From: a virus
Lineage: Duplodnaviria > Caudoviricetes
Virus record (IMG/VR): IMGVR_UViG_3300027833_000011
DNA: 64,000 bases
Direction: 5' to 3' (one strand)
A model generated the notes under the pieces. The model worked only from the letters and a program-made list of their open reading frames with translations. It made no database searches and was not told the DNA's origin. Each line of letters opens with the position of its first letter. The stretch's first letter is position 1. Shown here in pieces: positions 38,025 to 48,291 of this stretch. The translations under genes were made by a program, and so were the position numbers.

Positions 38025-39134
38025 TTAAATTGCGTTGAATGGTCCTTGGAATGGTCTGTAAGAAAGAGTCTTATTAAGGTTTTCCGCCTCATTTGCTCTT
38101 CTTTCTAACATCTTATCAGGACGTAATCTTTCTAATCTTGTTTGTAGTTCTTCGATTAGTTTCATTTTTTCGTCTTTACCTTCGGTAAGTAATGAATCAT
38201 ATTCTAAACTTAATTCCGAATCAGGAACTTTTAAGTTTCCACCAAACTTACCTCTAACACGACCTAAAGCTTCTTTACAGGTTGCGATAAAGTATTTTCT
38301 TACCCAGTTTTGACCAGGTTTGTTTAACGTTTCCCATGACATATCCTCTGTTTCAACATCAGAAGGTAATTTAATAACGTCAGGGTTATCTTTCATACAA
38401 GCCTTTCTATCTTCAGTGTCGTAATACCAATACCATACTTTTGATTGGTTTAGCGATTTAGAACCAAAGTCAAACCTACCACCTGGTACGTTTAATAAGT
38501 GAATGAATTTACCACCATCAGGTGCTGCGGTAACTCTATATGTTAAATCACCACCGATAATTCTATTCTTTAAGTTACGGTCTTGCATCCTTAGTAAGAT
38601 GTCAAACGCTGGCATCATAAAGTATGACCCCATAACACCCATTTGTGCGAATCCACCACCACCTCCGATACCTGTACCACCAAAACCACCAAAACCACCC
38701 ATAAACGGGTCGATAAGTGATTCATTAAGTTCAGCTCGGTTAAACCAAAGTAGTTCGTTTAATTCACGTCCTTTTGGTATGTGATACATTTGTTGACCTT
38801 CTTGTAATTCTATAAAATCTTTTTGTAGTACCCAATCTCCTCCTGTTTGTAAACCAACAATCTTAGAGTATGCGTATGTATATTGTGTTTCGTAATCCAT
38901 ACTTCGAGTTGTAAAGGCTCTCGACAATGATTGTTCGTCAACATTTAATCCGTTTAACGATGTCCATTGTGATTCAATTAACCAATCTTGTATGAATTGT
39001 TCATATTCACCTAAAGAAATTTCCAACAAAGAATCCATTTGGTCGTCATCTAATTCGATTGAACGAATAGGTGCTCCCAACAAGTGCATCGTTTGTTTGT
39101 ATAATTTACCTTTGTTTTTTGAATTTATTACCAT
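38025..39134 (-). CDS. Neck/head-tail connector protein (T4 gp13-like)
   Basis: LLGAP..SIELDDDQM N-terminus; WVRKY..A.CKE.LG.VRGKF and LLTEGKDE C-terminus. Confidence 0.65.
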   Translation of the reverse strand: MVINSKNKGKLYKQTMHLLGAPIRSIELDDDQMDSLLEISLGEYEQFIQDWLIESQWTSLNGLNVDEQSLSRAFTTRSMDYETQYTYAYSKIVGLQTGGDWVLQKDFIELQEGQQMYHIPKGRELNELLWFNRAELNESLIDPFMGGFGGFGGTGIGGGGGFAQMGVMGSYFMMPAFDILLRMQDRNLKNRIIGGDLTYRVTAAPDGGKFIHLLNVPGGRFDFGSKSLNQSKVWYWYYDTEDRKACMKDNPDVIKLPSDVETEDMSWETLNKPGQNWVRKYFIATCKEALGRVRGKFGGNLKVPDSELSLEYDSLLTEGKDEKMKLIEELQTRLERLRPDKMLERRANEAENLNKTLSYRPFQGPFNAI

Positions 39135-39163
39135 TATGTGTTTTTATTATAAATATCTTTGTT

Positions 39164-40006
39164 TTATTTAAACTTAAGTAAGTTCATCATAATACTAAAA
39201 TCTTCATTCAGTTGTGATACTCCTTTTTGAAATAGTATCCCACCCTTTGAGACAAAATACGAACCTTTTAGCGGTTTACATTTTTTAGCGTCGGCAACTA
39301 TATAAGATGACCCCTTAACAAATACAATAAAATTAGTTCTATATTCTTTAGCTTGTCCCACCCCATTAATAAAATGACCATAATCAGATTTTTTAATGAA
39401 TGTGAAAGGTTTTATTTGAATTGTGTGTGTTATTTCATCAGGAGTGTTTTTATAAGTGATAGCGTCTACACCATCAATCATATCGGCACCAACACCAGAC
39501 CCTCCTAATTTTTCAATAGTTAACCCATTAAATAGAGGACAATCCTTAAGTAGTTTAATACTTTCTTCTTCAGTTTTTTCACCTCTAGCCGATGTTTTAC
39601 CAATCGTTGGTAAGACTATTGAATTATAAAGAGCCCCATCTTCAGAAACGATAGAACGATAATTTTTTCTAAAATACTGTATAAAAGACGCGTATATTAA
39701 GTCGGTCGGCTGATTTAGATTAACGCCTGATTCCTGTAGTAACTTACCCATAACAATATAATTTGTGTTAACCCTATTTAATATTGGGTGCCACACACCA
39801 TCATTGGTCCATACCCCTACCTTATAACGACCTTCGTTGTCTTTCTCACCGTACCACATATTAAGAGGTTTATAGACGTGTTCTAAAACTTTATTTAAAA
39901 AGACTCTCCATTCACTATTATATCCTTTACCGAACTCTATCATAAGTGTTTGTGCCACACTAATTGGTGATATACTTTCTGTTATTAACATACTCAAATT
40001 TTTCAT
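39164..40006 (-). CDS. Hypothetical protein with a PD-(D/E)XK-like motif
   Basis: GEKTEE...DMIDGVDAI...TIQIKP; probable start MKNLSM at 40006. Confidence 0.45.
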   Translation of the reverse strand: MKNLSMLITESISPISVAQTLMIEFGKGYNSEWRVFLNKVLEHVYKPLNMWYGEKDNEGRYKVGVWTNDGVWHPILNRVNTNYIVMGKLLQESGVNLNQPTDLIYASFIQYFRKNYRSIVSEDGALYNSIVLPTIGKTSARGEKTEEESIKLLKDCPLFNGLTIEKLGGSGVGADMIDGVDAITYKNTPDEITHTIQIKPFTFIKKSDYGHFINGVGQAKEYRTNFIVFVKGSSYIVADAKKCKPLKGSYFVSKGGILFQKGVSQLNEDFSIMMNLLKFK

Positions 40007-40072
40007 ACTATCCTTTTTATATAAATACCGTAAAAACATTAAACCCCATATTTCAAATCACATTAAAATAAG

Positions 40073-40104
40073 TTTGTAGTTATAGAATATTTTACTTATC
40101 TTTG
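40073..40104 (+). promoter_or_regulatory. Bacteroidota housekeeping-type promoter
   Basis: TTTG (40073-76)-N20-TATCTTTG (40097-104). Confidence 0.65.
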
Positions 40105-40140
40105 TAGTATAATAATAAGAACCATAAAAAAATAAATAAT

Positions 40141-40905
40141 ATGTCTACAGTTTACTCTTTCATCAGCGAATACAACGGAAACAACTCTTTCTTAAACTCT
40201 TTAAAGACGGGATACACAAAGTATGGTCGATTAACACCATCACAGTTGTCAGCTGCGGATAGAGTAATCACAAACATTCGTCAAAAAGTTAAATCAATGG
40301 CACCAATCGAAGTTCGTAAGAATATCGAGCAAATTATGGATTACAAAGGGGATAATAAATTCGTATTAGACCTTAAATCTAAGTATGAAAAATACGGAAA
40401 ACTAACCGAGAAACAAATCGATGCCGGTTTAAACGTTGTAAACCGTAAGGTTCAGAACAAAATGGTAAAACCTTTACGTTTACCTAAAGTTGAAACGATT
40501 GTGGTTGGTCAAAGAACGGGTCGTAATATCAAAGAAGAGAAGGGATTAGATTTCTTACCAATCCAAATTGATGTGTCTCACATAATCGGTGTTTCTCGTA
40601 AGGCGGTTCATTTGAGAGGTAAACTATCTACTGTTGTTGGTTCTGTGTGTCGTTGTTGTGGTAGAAAATTAACCGATGAGTTGTCAAAACTTACAGGTAT
40701 GGGTAGAACATGTGCCAAAAACACCAACGTACCATACGTTAAAAACACGGACGACCTTGAGCGTTTTATGGAAGACTTAAAAGTTCGTGTGGATGAAATT
40801 GGAGAATTTGATTTTTGGATTCCTAAATCACAAATTATCGAGTGGAAAGGAATTTACAAAGCAATGGCAAAAACAAGTTTCAGAACTTATGTAGTTACTT
40901 CTTAA
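40141..40905 (+). CDS. Zinc-binding (DUF6011-like) protein with a duplicated N-terminal module
   Basis: CRCCGRKLTDELSKLTGMGRTCA; two Y.G.N.F...LK..Y.KYG.LT..Q repeats. Confidence 0.65.
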   Translation: MSTVYSFISEYNGNNSFLNSLKTGYTKYGRLTPSQLSAADRVITNIRQKVKSMAPIEVRKNIEQIMDYKGDNKFVLDLKSKYEKYGKLTEKQIDAGLNVVNRKVQNKMVKPLRLPKVETIVVGQRTGRNIKEEKGLDFLPIQIDVSHIIGVSRKAVHLRGKLSTVVGSVCRCCGRKLTDELSKLTGMGRTCAKNTNVPYVKNTDDLERFMEDLKVRVDEIGEFDFWIPKSQIIEWKGIYKAMAKTSFRTYVVTS

Positions 40906-41503
40906 GTTTAATGATAATCTCGTCCCCTTTTCTTTTAATACTAAAGGAATCGGGGGATAGGTTTTTGTAGTAGTCTTCATACATTGAAAACTCATCTGTT
41001 GTTTTACTATTTTTAGATTCTCTTAGGTTTGTATTCTCTTTTTCATATATGTCATCAATAACGACTTCATTAGCTTCATAGTCTCTTAAATCTCTTTCTA
41101 TAAGTTCTAATTCGTGCCATTCTGATTCTTCAATAATCCTTTTTTCTACATCCTCCTCAGAATAACCTTCAAAAGTCCCTTCATAATAATCGGTACCATA
41201 ACCGCTCCACTGAACCGAAGTTGATATATGGTATGTTTTAAGTTTTGGTTCTTTAATAAAGTTTTCGTCATTTATATTGAACGTTGGTGAGAATTGAAAA
41301 CTAGCGATTGCTTTTTCAACTAAATGGTATTCTTGCCATTGAAAACCAAATTGTTTTGCGTATTTTCTAATATCGTTTTTTATTTTATCGGGGCTATCAC
41401 TAAATTTTTGATATTTAGATGATAACACTCTAGAAACAAAAACAAGAAATTGGTCATATTTAACCTCTGTTATTTCTTCCGTAATACGTTTTCTTAAATC
41501 CAT
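40895..41503 (-). CDS. Hypothetical protein
   Basis: 202-aa ORF; late motif at 41522-29. Confidence 0.6.
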   Translation of the reverse strand: MDLRKRITEEITEVKYDQFLVFVSRVLSSKYQKFSDSPDKIKNDIRKYAKQFGFQWQEYHLVEKAIASFQFSPTFNINDENFIKEPKLKTYHISTSVQWSGYGTDYYEGTFEGYSEEDVEKRIIEESEWHELELIERDLRDYEANEVVIDDIYEKENTNLRESKNSKTTDEFSMYEDYYKNLSPDSFSIKRKGDEIIIKLKK

Positions 41504-41533
41504 TAGTGTGTGTTGTAAAATAATAAATAGTCT

Positions 41534-43282
41534 TTAACCCTCTTTGAGAGCCGAAAGTAAGTCTTCCATAACCGAATTACCCATATTATCTTCGTTATCT
41601 CCCATAACCGTGTCTATAACATTTTTCTTTCTTTGTAAAATATCATAGATAATCATTTCTATAGAGTTCTCGAATACGGGATAAAAAACAGAAACGTTTG
41701 ACTGTTGTCCATAACGATATGCTCGGTCCTCGGCTTGTGAATGGTCTGAAGGAACAAATGATAAGTCATTAAAAACAACAACCTCACCCGCAGTTAAGGT
41801 AATCCCTACACCCGCAGCTTTAATGTTTCCAACAAAAACTTGTATTTTGTCGTCTGTTTGGAATAGGTCAACCGACTCTTGTCTTTTAACTTTACTCATT
41901 TTACCGTTTAGGGTTACTGACCGTTTGTTATATTTCCAAGCAATTTCTTCTAATGTCGATGTAAAGTTTGTGAAAACAATCACTTTTTTTCCTTGTTCGA
42001 TTGCGCTATCAATAATTTCATAAGTCGTATTTAACTTTGATTCTGCAATTATTTGTCTCGCCATCATTAGTTTTGATAGTTTAACCGCCAAAGTTTTTTT
42101 AGTGTTGTCATTATTGGCCCACTCGATATACTCACCGATTTCTCTTTCGTATTCTTTAGATTTTAGGTTAAGGTAAATGGGTGTGATAATCTTATATGGT
42201 AAATCTAAGATGTCTTCTTTTAATCGTCTAAGAACTTGTGGTTTTGTCCTATCTCTTAGCTCTTCTAAATTAGACGCTCCGTTAACATTCCACACTTTTC
42301 TATTACCCGCTTGGAATTGGTAACCGTCACAATATCTTTTAACATAACCCGCCCAATTAATAGTAAGTGGTGAGTCTACAATATGTAATAAGTTAAAATA
42401 GTTAATCGGTCTTGAGGTCATTGGTGTACCTGTAAGTAACCAAACACGACCAACCTGTCTAACCATGTGATTTACTAATTGAGTTCGTTTTGCCTGTTTA
42501 TTTTGGATATAATGGGCTTCATCGATTAACACTAAATCAAACCCCTCATCTAAGATTTTAGATTTAAATTCGTCGTCATTCTTTTTTGGTATTTCGTGAA
42601 AATTCTTTAGTATATCATAGTTGATAATAACAAACTTTCCATCGTCCCACTTCTTACCTTCAACTATAGCGACAGGTTCATCAGAGTAATTTTCAATTTC
42701 ACGTTTCCAATTTAATTTAAGAGATGCTGGACAGATAACTAAAACCTTATTAGCCCCACTTTCAACCGCGGCGATAATGGCTGAGGTTGTTTTACCTAAC
42801 CCCATATCATCTGCTAAAATATATTTATCGTTACCTAATAATTTTACGATTGCCTCTTTTTGGTGTTCCATTGGTGGTCTATGATTATATGGTTCCCAAT
42901 CGACCTCAACTTTTCGTTCATTGTACGTGATAATATGAGATTTAGGAATCCACATACACTCTAATACTGCTTTATCTAATATTTTACCATAGATGTGAAA
43001 AGCCTTTTCTGTTTGTGTTAGTAATTTTTCAATGTAGATTTTTTTAATTGGTTGTGGTAATAGTCTTTCTTCCCTTAACTTATCGCCAAAATAAGAATCC
43101 AATTCAACCCACTTCCTCGCCACTTTAGGGGTGCTTTCGTGGTTCTTAATTATGTATTCTGCTTGTGAGCGTGATGGTTTATAACTTTTAGTGAAGAATA
43201 GTTTTTCTTTACACCCAAGAATATAGTTATTTCCACCCTCATATTTTTTTAATATTTCTATTGCTTTTTGTTCTGGAATCAT
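41534..43282 (-). CDS. SNF2-family (SMARCAL1/HARP-like) helicase
   Basis: LADDMGLGKT, VICPASLKLNW, LIDEAHYI, LLTGTP, VLRRLKED, QAEDRAYRYGQ. Confidence 0.92.
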   Translation of the reverse strand: MIPEQKAIEILKKYEGGNNYILGCKEKLFFTKSYKPSRSQAEYIIKNHESTPKVARKWVELDSYFGDKLREERLLPQPIKKIYIEKLLTQTEKAFHIYGKILDKAVLECMWIPKSHIITYNERKVEVDWEPYNHRPPMEHQKEAIVKLLGNDKYILADDMGLGKTTSAIIAAVESGANKVLVICPASLKLNWKREIENYSDEPVAIVEGKKWDDGKFVIINYDILKNFHEIPKKNDDEFKSKILDEGFDLVLIDEAHYIQNKQAKRTQLVNHMVRQVGRVWLLTGTPMTSRPINYFNLLHIVDSPLTINWAGYVKRYCDGYQFQAGNRKVWNVNGASNLEELRDRTKPQVLRRLKEDILDLPYKIITPIYLNLKSKEYEREIGEYIEWANNDNTKKTLAVKLSKLMMARQIIAESKLNTTYEIIDSAIEQGKKVIVFTNFTSTLEEIAWKYNKRSVTLNGKMSKVKRQESVDLFQTDDKIQVFVGNIKAAGVGITLTAGEVVVFNDLSFVPSDHSQAEDRAYRYGQQSNVSVFYPVFENSIEMIIYDILQRKKNVIDTVMGDNEDNMGNSVMEDLLSALKEG

Positions 43283-43344
43283 AATTGCGCATTATACACA
43301 ATAATAAACATTAAACTAAACTTAATCAATAGATATTTATTAGT

Positions 43345-43857
43345 ATGAGTAAAAAGAAACAACCGATTAATAGATTAAACAAGTTTTTTTCGTATGACGA
43401 CTTTGACTTAGATTTATCTATGGGTGAGGAATGGTTACACGGAGACATAAACTTTGATTTAGTTTTATTTAGAGTTGATAGGTCTAAAACTGTTGATGAC
43501 GTATATGGTGAATCGGGTAAAGGAGAGATTAAGTTCTTACCACCGACCGAATTTAAAGGGATGGTTCTTATTGGTGCTCCTGACAACAAAACATATTCAA
43601 ATGGATTGGGTAGGTATTTAGAACCTGGTAATATGACAATATCAGTATATAAACACCATTTAGAAGAGAAGGGTATTGATGTGTCCTATGGGGATTACAT
43701 CGGATTCTATGAGTCAGAGACAAGGGTAAGATATTATGAGGTGGCCAATGACGGTAAAGTGGTTTCAGATAATAAACACACAATCGGGGGATTCAAATCT
43801 TTTTACAGAACATTACTTTGTACACCTGTAAGTGGTGACCAATTTAAAGGAGTATAA
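43345..43857 (+). CDS. Head completion/neck protein (T4 gp14-like)
   Basis: DDVYGE...IKF; G+ motif GDYIGF..YYEV; it precedes the tail-completion and sheath genes. Confidence 0.5.
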   Translation: MSKKKQPINRLNKFFSYDDFDLDLSMGEEWLHGDINFDLVLFRVDRSKTVDDVYGESGKGEIKFLPPTEFKGMVLIGAPDNKTYSNGLGRYLEPGNMTISVYKHHLEEKGIDVSYGDYIGFYESETRVRYYEVANDGKVVSDNKHTIGGFKSFYRTLLCTPVSGDQFKGV

Positions 43858-43858
43858 T

Positions 43859-45130
43859 ATGGGATTACCTAAGAAATATAAAAATGATATAAACGTATAT
43901 TCTAATAAAGAATTATTAGAAAGAAGACGTGAACTTCTTGAAGAGATTACAAATCAAGATACTAACCTTCCTGAGTCTATTTTACACGAAGACTTAGATT
44001 TTGGTATGTTGGAGTTTGTTAAGGACAATTTATTATTTCAAACGGGTGACGGTAATACTATTAATTTTATTGAAAGAATTTTAACAATACAAAGATGGGC
44101 AGAGATGTCGAACACATTTCCATTTACAGACGAAGATGGTAATATCGAGTTACCTTTTGTTGTTGTAATTAGAAAACCAGAAGTTCCTTTTGGAACCAAC
44201 CCATCACTACAATATACAATACCTGATAGACAATCGTTTTTTTATAGGAGAATACCAACGTGGAACGGAAATAGAATTGGAGCCGACATCTATAAGATAC
44301 CACAACCAATCCCTGTTGATATGTCTTTTGATATTGTTGTTGTTTGTAACAGAATGAGAGAGCTTAATAGGTTTAATAAAAAAATAATGCAAAAGTTTTC
44401 ATCGAGACAGTCCTATACTAAAGTTAAAGGTCATTATATACCTTTGGTTTTAGAAGGTATTTCAGACCAATCACAAATAGATTCATTAGAAGGTAGAAGA
44501 TACTACCAACAATCTTACACAATACAATTACAAGGGTTTTTAATTGATGATGAAGAATTTGAAGTAACTCCAGCGATTGACCGAACACTTATAATGACAG
44601 AGTTAATTGCAGATGTTAAGGGACCTTCTTCGGGTGTTATGACAAAAGTGATTAAAAACAATGTTGAAGTTACGACAGAAAAGTTTTTAAGTGATGGTGT
44701 CACAACGACATATAAAACACAAAAGAAAATAAACAATCTGTTCTATGTGGAATTAAATGGTTTAGTGTTGGTTAAACATGTTGATTATTTACACAACGGT
44801 AATAGTTCTAATATTATATTTACTACCCCACCACCATTAGACAGTGTGTTGAGGATTGTTTATACCTTTGATAATACTATGAGTTCTATGGAGGGGAGTG
44901 TTTTAAATCTTAAAAAAGAGACTATTGAATTTGTTGATGGACAGATGACATACCCATTAGAATTTCCAATATACGATATGATACTATTAGATGTTGGTGG
45001 TTTATTACAAATTGAATCTGACTATTATACGTTTAGTAAAGGTCAGTTTAGTATCACGGTCAATGAACTTCCACCTGTGACAACACCTACAACCAAAATG
45101 AGTTTGGTTTATCTAACTTCGGAGTTATAA
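43859..45130 (+). CDS. Tail completion/terminator protein (gp15-like) with C-terminal beta domains
   Basis: IELPFVVVIR, QPIPVDMSFDIVV, YYQQSYTIQLQGFL; position upstream of the sheath gene; ATG at 43859. Confidence 0.5.
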   Translation: MGLPKKYKNDINVYSNKELLERRRELLEEITNQDTNLPESILHEDLDFGMLEFVKDNLLFQTGDGNTINFIERILTIQRWAEMSNTFPFTDEDGNIELPFVVVIRKPEVPFGTNPSLQYTIPDRQSFFYRRIPTWNGNRIGADIYKIPQPIPVDMSFDIVVVCNRMRELNRFNKKIMQKFSSRQSYTKVKGHYIPLVLEGISDQSQIDSLEGRRYYQQSYTIQLQGFLIDDEEFEVTPAIDRTLIMTELIADVKGPSSGVMTKVIKNNVEVTTEKFLSDGVTTTYKTQKKINNLFYVELNGLVLVKHVDYLHNGNSSNIIFTTPPPLDSVLRIVYTFDNTMSSMEGSVLNLKKETIEFVDGQMTYPLEFPIYDMILLDVGGLLQIESDYYTFSKGQFSITVNELPPVTTPTTKMSLVYLTSEL

Positions 45131-45141
45131 TAATTACGACA

Positions 45142-45303
45142 TTATATTTCGTCTCCGTAGATATCTCTTTTCACTTTACAATTGTCCTCAATTAGTTTTT
45201 CCACGAAGTTAAACATCTTAAGACCCCCTTTATTACAGTGGTCTTTTAGTAGTTTATGGTGGTATTCCGAGATTTTTAAGTTTTTAACCCTTTTGTCGTT
45301 CAT
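45142..45303 (-). CDS. Small ribbon-helix-helix-like DNA-binding protein, missed by the ORF track
   Basis: Translated by hand: MNDKRVKNLKISEYHHKLLKDHCNKGGLKMFNFVEKLIEDNCKVKRDIYGDEI. The late motif lies at 45345-52 on the minus strand. Confidence 0.6.
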   Translation of the reverse strand: MNDKRVKNLKISEYHHKLLKDHCNKGGLKMFNFVEKLIEDNCKVKRDIYGDEI

Positions 45304-45438
45304 TATCTGTAGTGTGAAAAAAGTATGAATATAATCATACTCTTAATAAATATTCGGTTTAATAAAAAGTCTTTTATAAAAATACTGAATATTTATAGTA
45401 GTAAAGAAATAAATTACAATTAAAAAAATATTCAAATA

Positions 45439-48246
45439 ATGGCAAATTCTAACAGAGTTTTCGTCTCACCAGGAGTATTCACATCAGAAAAAGACTTGAG
45501 TTTTGTTTCTCAAAGCGTTGGTGTATCTACTTTAGGTTTAGTAGGTGAAACAAAAAAAGGTCCCGCATTTGAACCAGTATTGGTTTCGGGTTATAATGGA
45601 TTCAGAACAATGTTCGGTGGTTCTTCACCTGAAAAGATGGGTGAAACATTAAAATACCCACTTCCGTATTATGCAAAATCATACCTATCTCAATCATCAC
45701 AATTATTTGTGACAAGAGTATTGGGTTATTCAGGTTATGATGCAGGTTCGGCACATTCGATAAAAACTATCGCTGGTGTTAATACAACAACAATAGGACA
45801 ATCAAATTCACTTAAAGCGGATTTTGTTATTGAACTTGATAATGGTTCTTTAGATATCGCTGGTTTAGGTCAATTAGAAACAGATTATCTTAATACTTCA
45901 TTTGAATCAAATGCAGGTGTTACTACAAGTTTCTTAGATTTCGTAAACTTAAACCTATCAGAAGATAAGGTAATGGTTATGGGTCCATATTATAATACAT
46001 TCGATTGGAACGCTATTGGTGTTGATGATACGGATAAAGTTGTTTATCCAATGTCAGACTCTAAATGGGCAGACCAAATAGAATTTACAGGAACAAATGA
46101 AAGCGGATTAGCATTTTACGCAAGTAAATTCGACGACGCGGGGGTTATTAAAGTACAGATTGTGGTTATGGAATTAGATGTCGTAAGATTTTCAGAGTTT
46201 CATAATAAGACAATTGCTATATTACGTTCAAGAGCGGAATATACAGGTGACGATTTAAACTTCAATTTAAATAGTAATATTACGATTACTAGTGATGTGG
46301 TAAACGACAATGCTTTAGCTGACTTTGATTTATCATTCACATCTGCGGCAGGAGCACACAGTTTTACATGTAACTTATCACCATCGTCTAAGAAATTTAT
46401 AACTAAAGTGATTGGTGAATCGGCGTTTGATAAAAACCCTGATGATTATCCTGTTTATGTTGATAAGGTTTATGACAATTATTTAAATTGGTTAATCGCA
46501 ACAGGAAAAATTAAAGGATTATATACTGGAACTTTAGATAGTGTAAATGAGGGTGGAGACTTTAAGTCGAAATATACATCATCATATACTCCATATGTTG
46601 TTTCTGAAGTAAGAGGTGGTTTTGTATCTAATTTATTTAGATTCGCAACGATTTCAGACGGAGACGCATCAGCAAGAGAGGTTAAGATTTCTTTTGTAAA
46701 CATTTCAATTGAAAAACAAGAGTTCGATATCATTGTTAGAGATTTCTTCGATACGGATGCAAGTCCAATCGTTTTAGAAAAATTCTCAAGATGTTCTATG
46801 AATCCAGACGTACCAGGTTACGTAGCGAGAAAAGTAGGTACATCTGATGGTGAGTACGAATTAAAATCAAGTTATATTATATTAGAATTATCTGATGACG
46901 CACCGATAGACGCGGTACCATCAGGATTTAGAGGTTACGAGGTTAAAGATTATAACTTCGCTTCATCTTCTAACGCAAGTATTAACTATAAAAACGAATA
47001 CTACACTGCGGGACAGATTATCGGTATAGATAATGATGGTAATGATATTGTAGTAAACTCAGATAAAATAAGAAAAACATATTTAGGTGTTTCTAACACA
47101 GTTGGTTTTGACCCGTCATTCTTTGAATTTTCAGGTGATTACCAAGGTGTAGAATTACTTAAAGGTTTCCACCTTTCATCACAAGCTAACGGAGTTGAGT
47201 TTGTTAAGACTAATGAAAACTTTGAGTTATCAGAAGGAAACTTTGAAAAATTAGTTGGTTGTAAATTTACAATAGCACCTGTAGGTGGTTTTGACGGATT
47301 TGATATCTTTAGAAAAGAAAGAACTAACGGTGACCAATATATAAAAGGTAAATCACCATACTCAAACGCAGGGTTTGACCCTTACGTTGGTAATTCTGAT
47401 TACTACGCGTTCTTAGACGGTATTAGAACATATGCTAACCCTGAAGCGGTAGACATTAACTTATTCTCAACACCAGGTCTTAACTTCTTTGACAATTCAT
47501 CCTTAGTTGGTGAAGCAATCGATATGATTGAAGAAGAAAGAGCGGATTCATTATATGTAATTGATTCACCAAACAGGTCATCAGTAGATGAGATTGTAGG
47601 TGACATTGAGGATATCGGTTTTGATTCTAACTACTCAGCAACATATTGGCCTTGGATTCAGGTAAGAGATACTGAAAATTCAGTACAGGTTTACGTGGCA
47701 CCAACAGGTGAGGTATTAAAGAACATAGCTTTAACGGATAACGTGGCTTACCCATGGTTCGCATCAGCGGGTTACACAAGAGGTATAGTTAACGCAATTA
47801 AAGCGAAAAAGAAATTAACATTAGACGAAAGAGATGAGTTATATGTTAATAGAATTAACCCAATAGCAACATTCTCAGACGTAGGTACGATTATCTTCGG
47901 TAACAAAACATTACAAGTTAGAGAATCGGCATTAGACAGAATCAACGTAAGAAGATTATTACTACAAGCAAGAAAACTTATTTCAAACGTGGCGGTAAGA
48001 TTATTATTCGAACAGAATGATGAAGTTGTAAGAAACGAATTCTTAAGTTTAGTTAACCCAATTTTAGAGAACATAAAAAGAGAAAGAGGTTTAACAGAAT
48101 TTAAAGTTGTATTGTCATCTTCACCAGAAGATATGGATAGAAATCAGTTATCGGGTAAGATATACATTAAACCAACAAGAGCTCTTGAATTCATTGATAT
48201 TGAATTCTTAGTAACACCAACAGGAGCATCTTTTGAAAATATTTAA
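45439..48246 (+). CDS. Tail sheath protein (T4 gp18-like)
   Basis: VFVSPGVFTSEKD, YSATYWPW, YPWFASAGYTRG, RINPI, FGNKTL, LDRINVRRLL, FEQND, KPTRALEFIDIEF. Confidence 0.95.
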   Translation: MANSNRVFVSPGVFTSEKDLSFVSQSVGVSTLGLVGETKKGPAFEPVLVSGYNGFRTMFGGSSPEKMGETLKYPLPYYAKSYLSQSSQLFVTRVLGYSGYDAGSAHSIKTIAGVNTTTIGQSNSLKADFVIELDNGSLDIAGLGQLETDYLNTSFESNAGVTTSFLDFVNLNLSEDKVMVMGPYYNTFDWNAIGVDDTDKVVYPMSDSKWADQIEFTGTNESGLAFYASKFDDAGVIKVQIVVMELDVVRFSEFHNKTIAILRSRAEYTGDDLNFNLNSNITITSDVVNDNALADFDLSFTSAAGAHSFTCNLSPSSKKFITKVIGESAFDKNPDDYPVYVDKVYDNYLNWLIATGKIKGLYTGTLDSVNEGGDFKSKYTSSYTPYVVSEVRGGFVSNLFRFATISDGDASAREVKISFVNISIEKQEFDIIVRDFFDTDASPIVLEKFSRCSMNPDVPGYVARKVGTSDGEYELKSSYIILELSDDAPIDAVPSGFRGYEVKDYNFASSSNASINYKNEYYTAGQIIGIDNDGNDIVVNSDKIRKTYLGVSNTVGFDPSFFEFSGDYQGVELLKGFHLSSQANGVEFVKTNENFELSEGNFEKLVGCKFTIAPVGGFDGFDIFRKERTNGDQYIKGKSPYSNAGFDPYVGNSDYYAFLDGIRTYANPEAVDINLFSTPGLNFFDNSSLVGEAIDMIEEERADSLYVIDSPNRSSVDEIVGDIEDIGFDSNYSATYWPWIQVRDTENSVQVYVAPTGEVLKNIALTDNVAYPWFASAGYTRGIVNAIKAKKKLTLDERDELYVNRINPIATFSDVGTIIFGNKTLQVRESALDRINVRRLLLQARKLISNVAVRLLFEQNDEVVRNEFLSLVNPILENIKRERGLTEFKVVLSSSPEDMDRNQLSGKIYIKPTRALEFIDIEFLVTPTGASFENI

Positions 48247-48256
48247 AAAATTATAG

Positions 48257-48279
48257 AGGGGAGGGTTTCCTCCCCTTTG
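48257..48279 (+). terminator. Intrinsic terminator after sheath
   Basis: AGGGGAGG-GTTT-CCTCCCCT followed by TTGT. Confidence 0.75.
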
Positions 48280-48291
48280 TATGTATAATAT

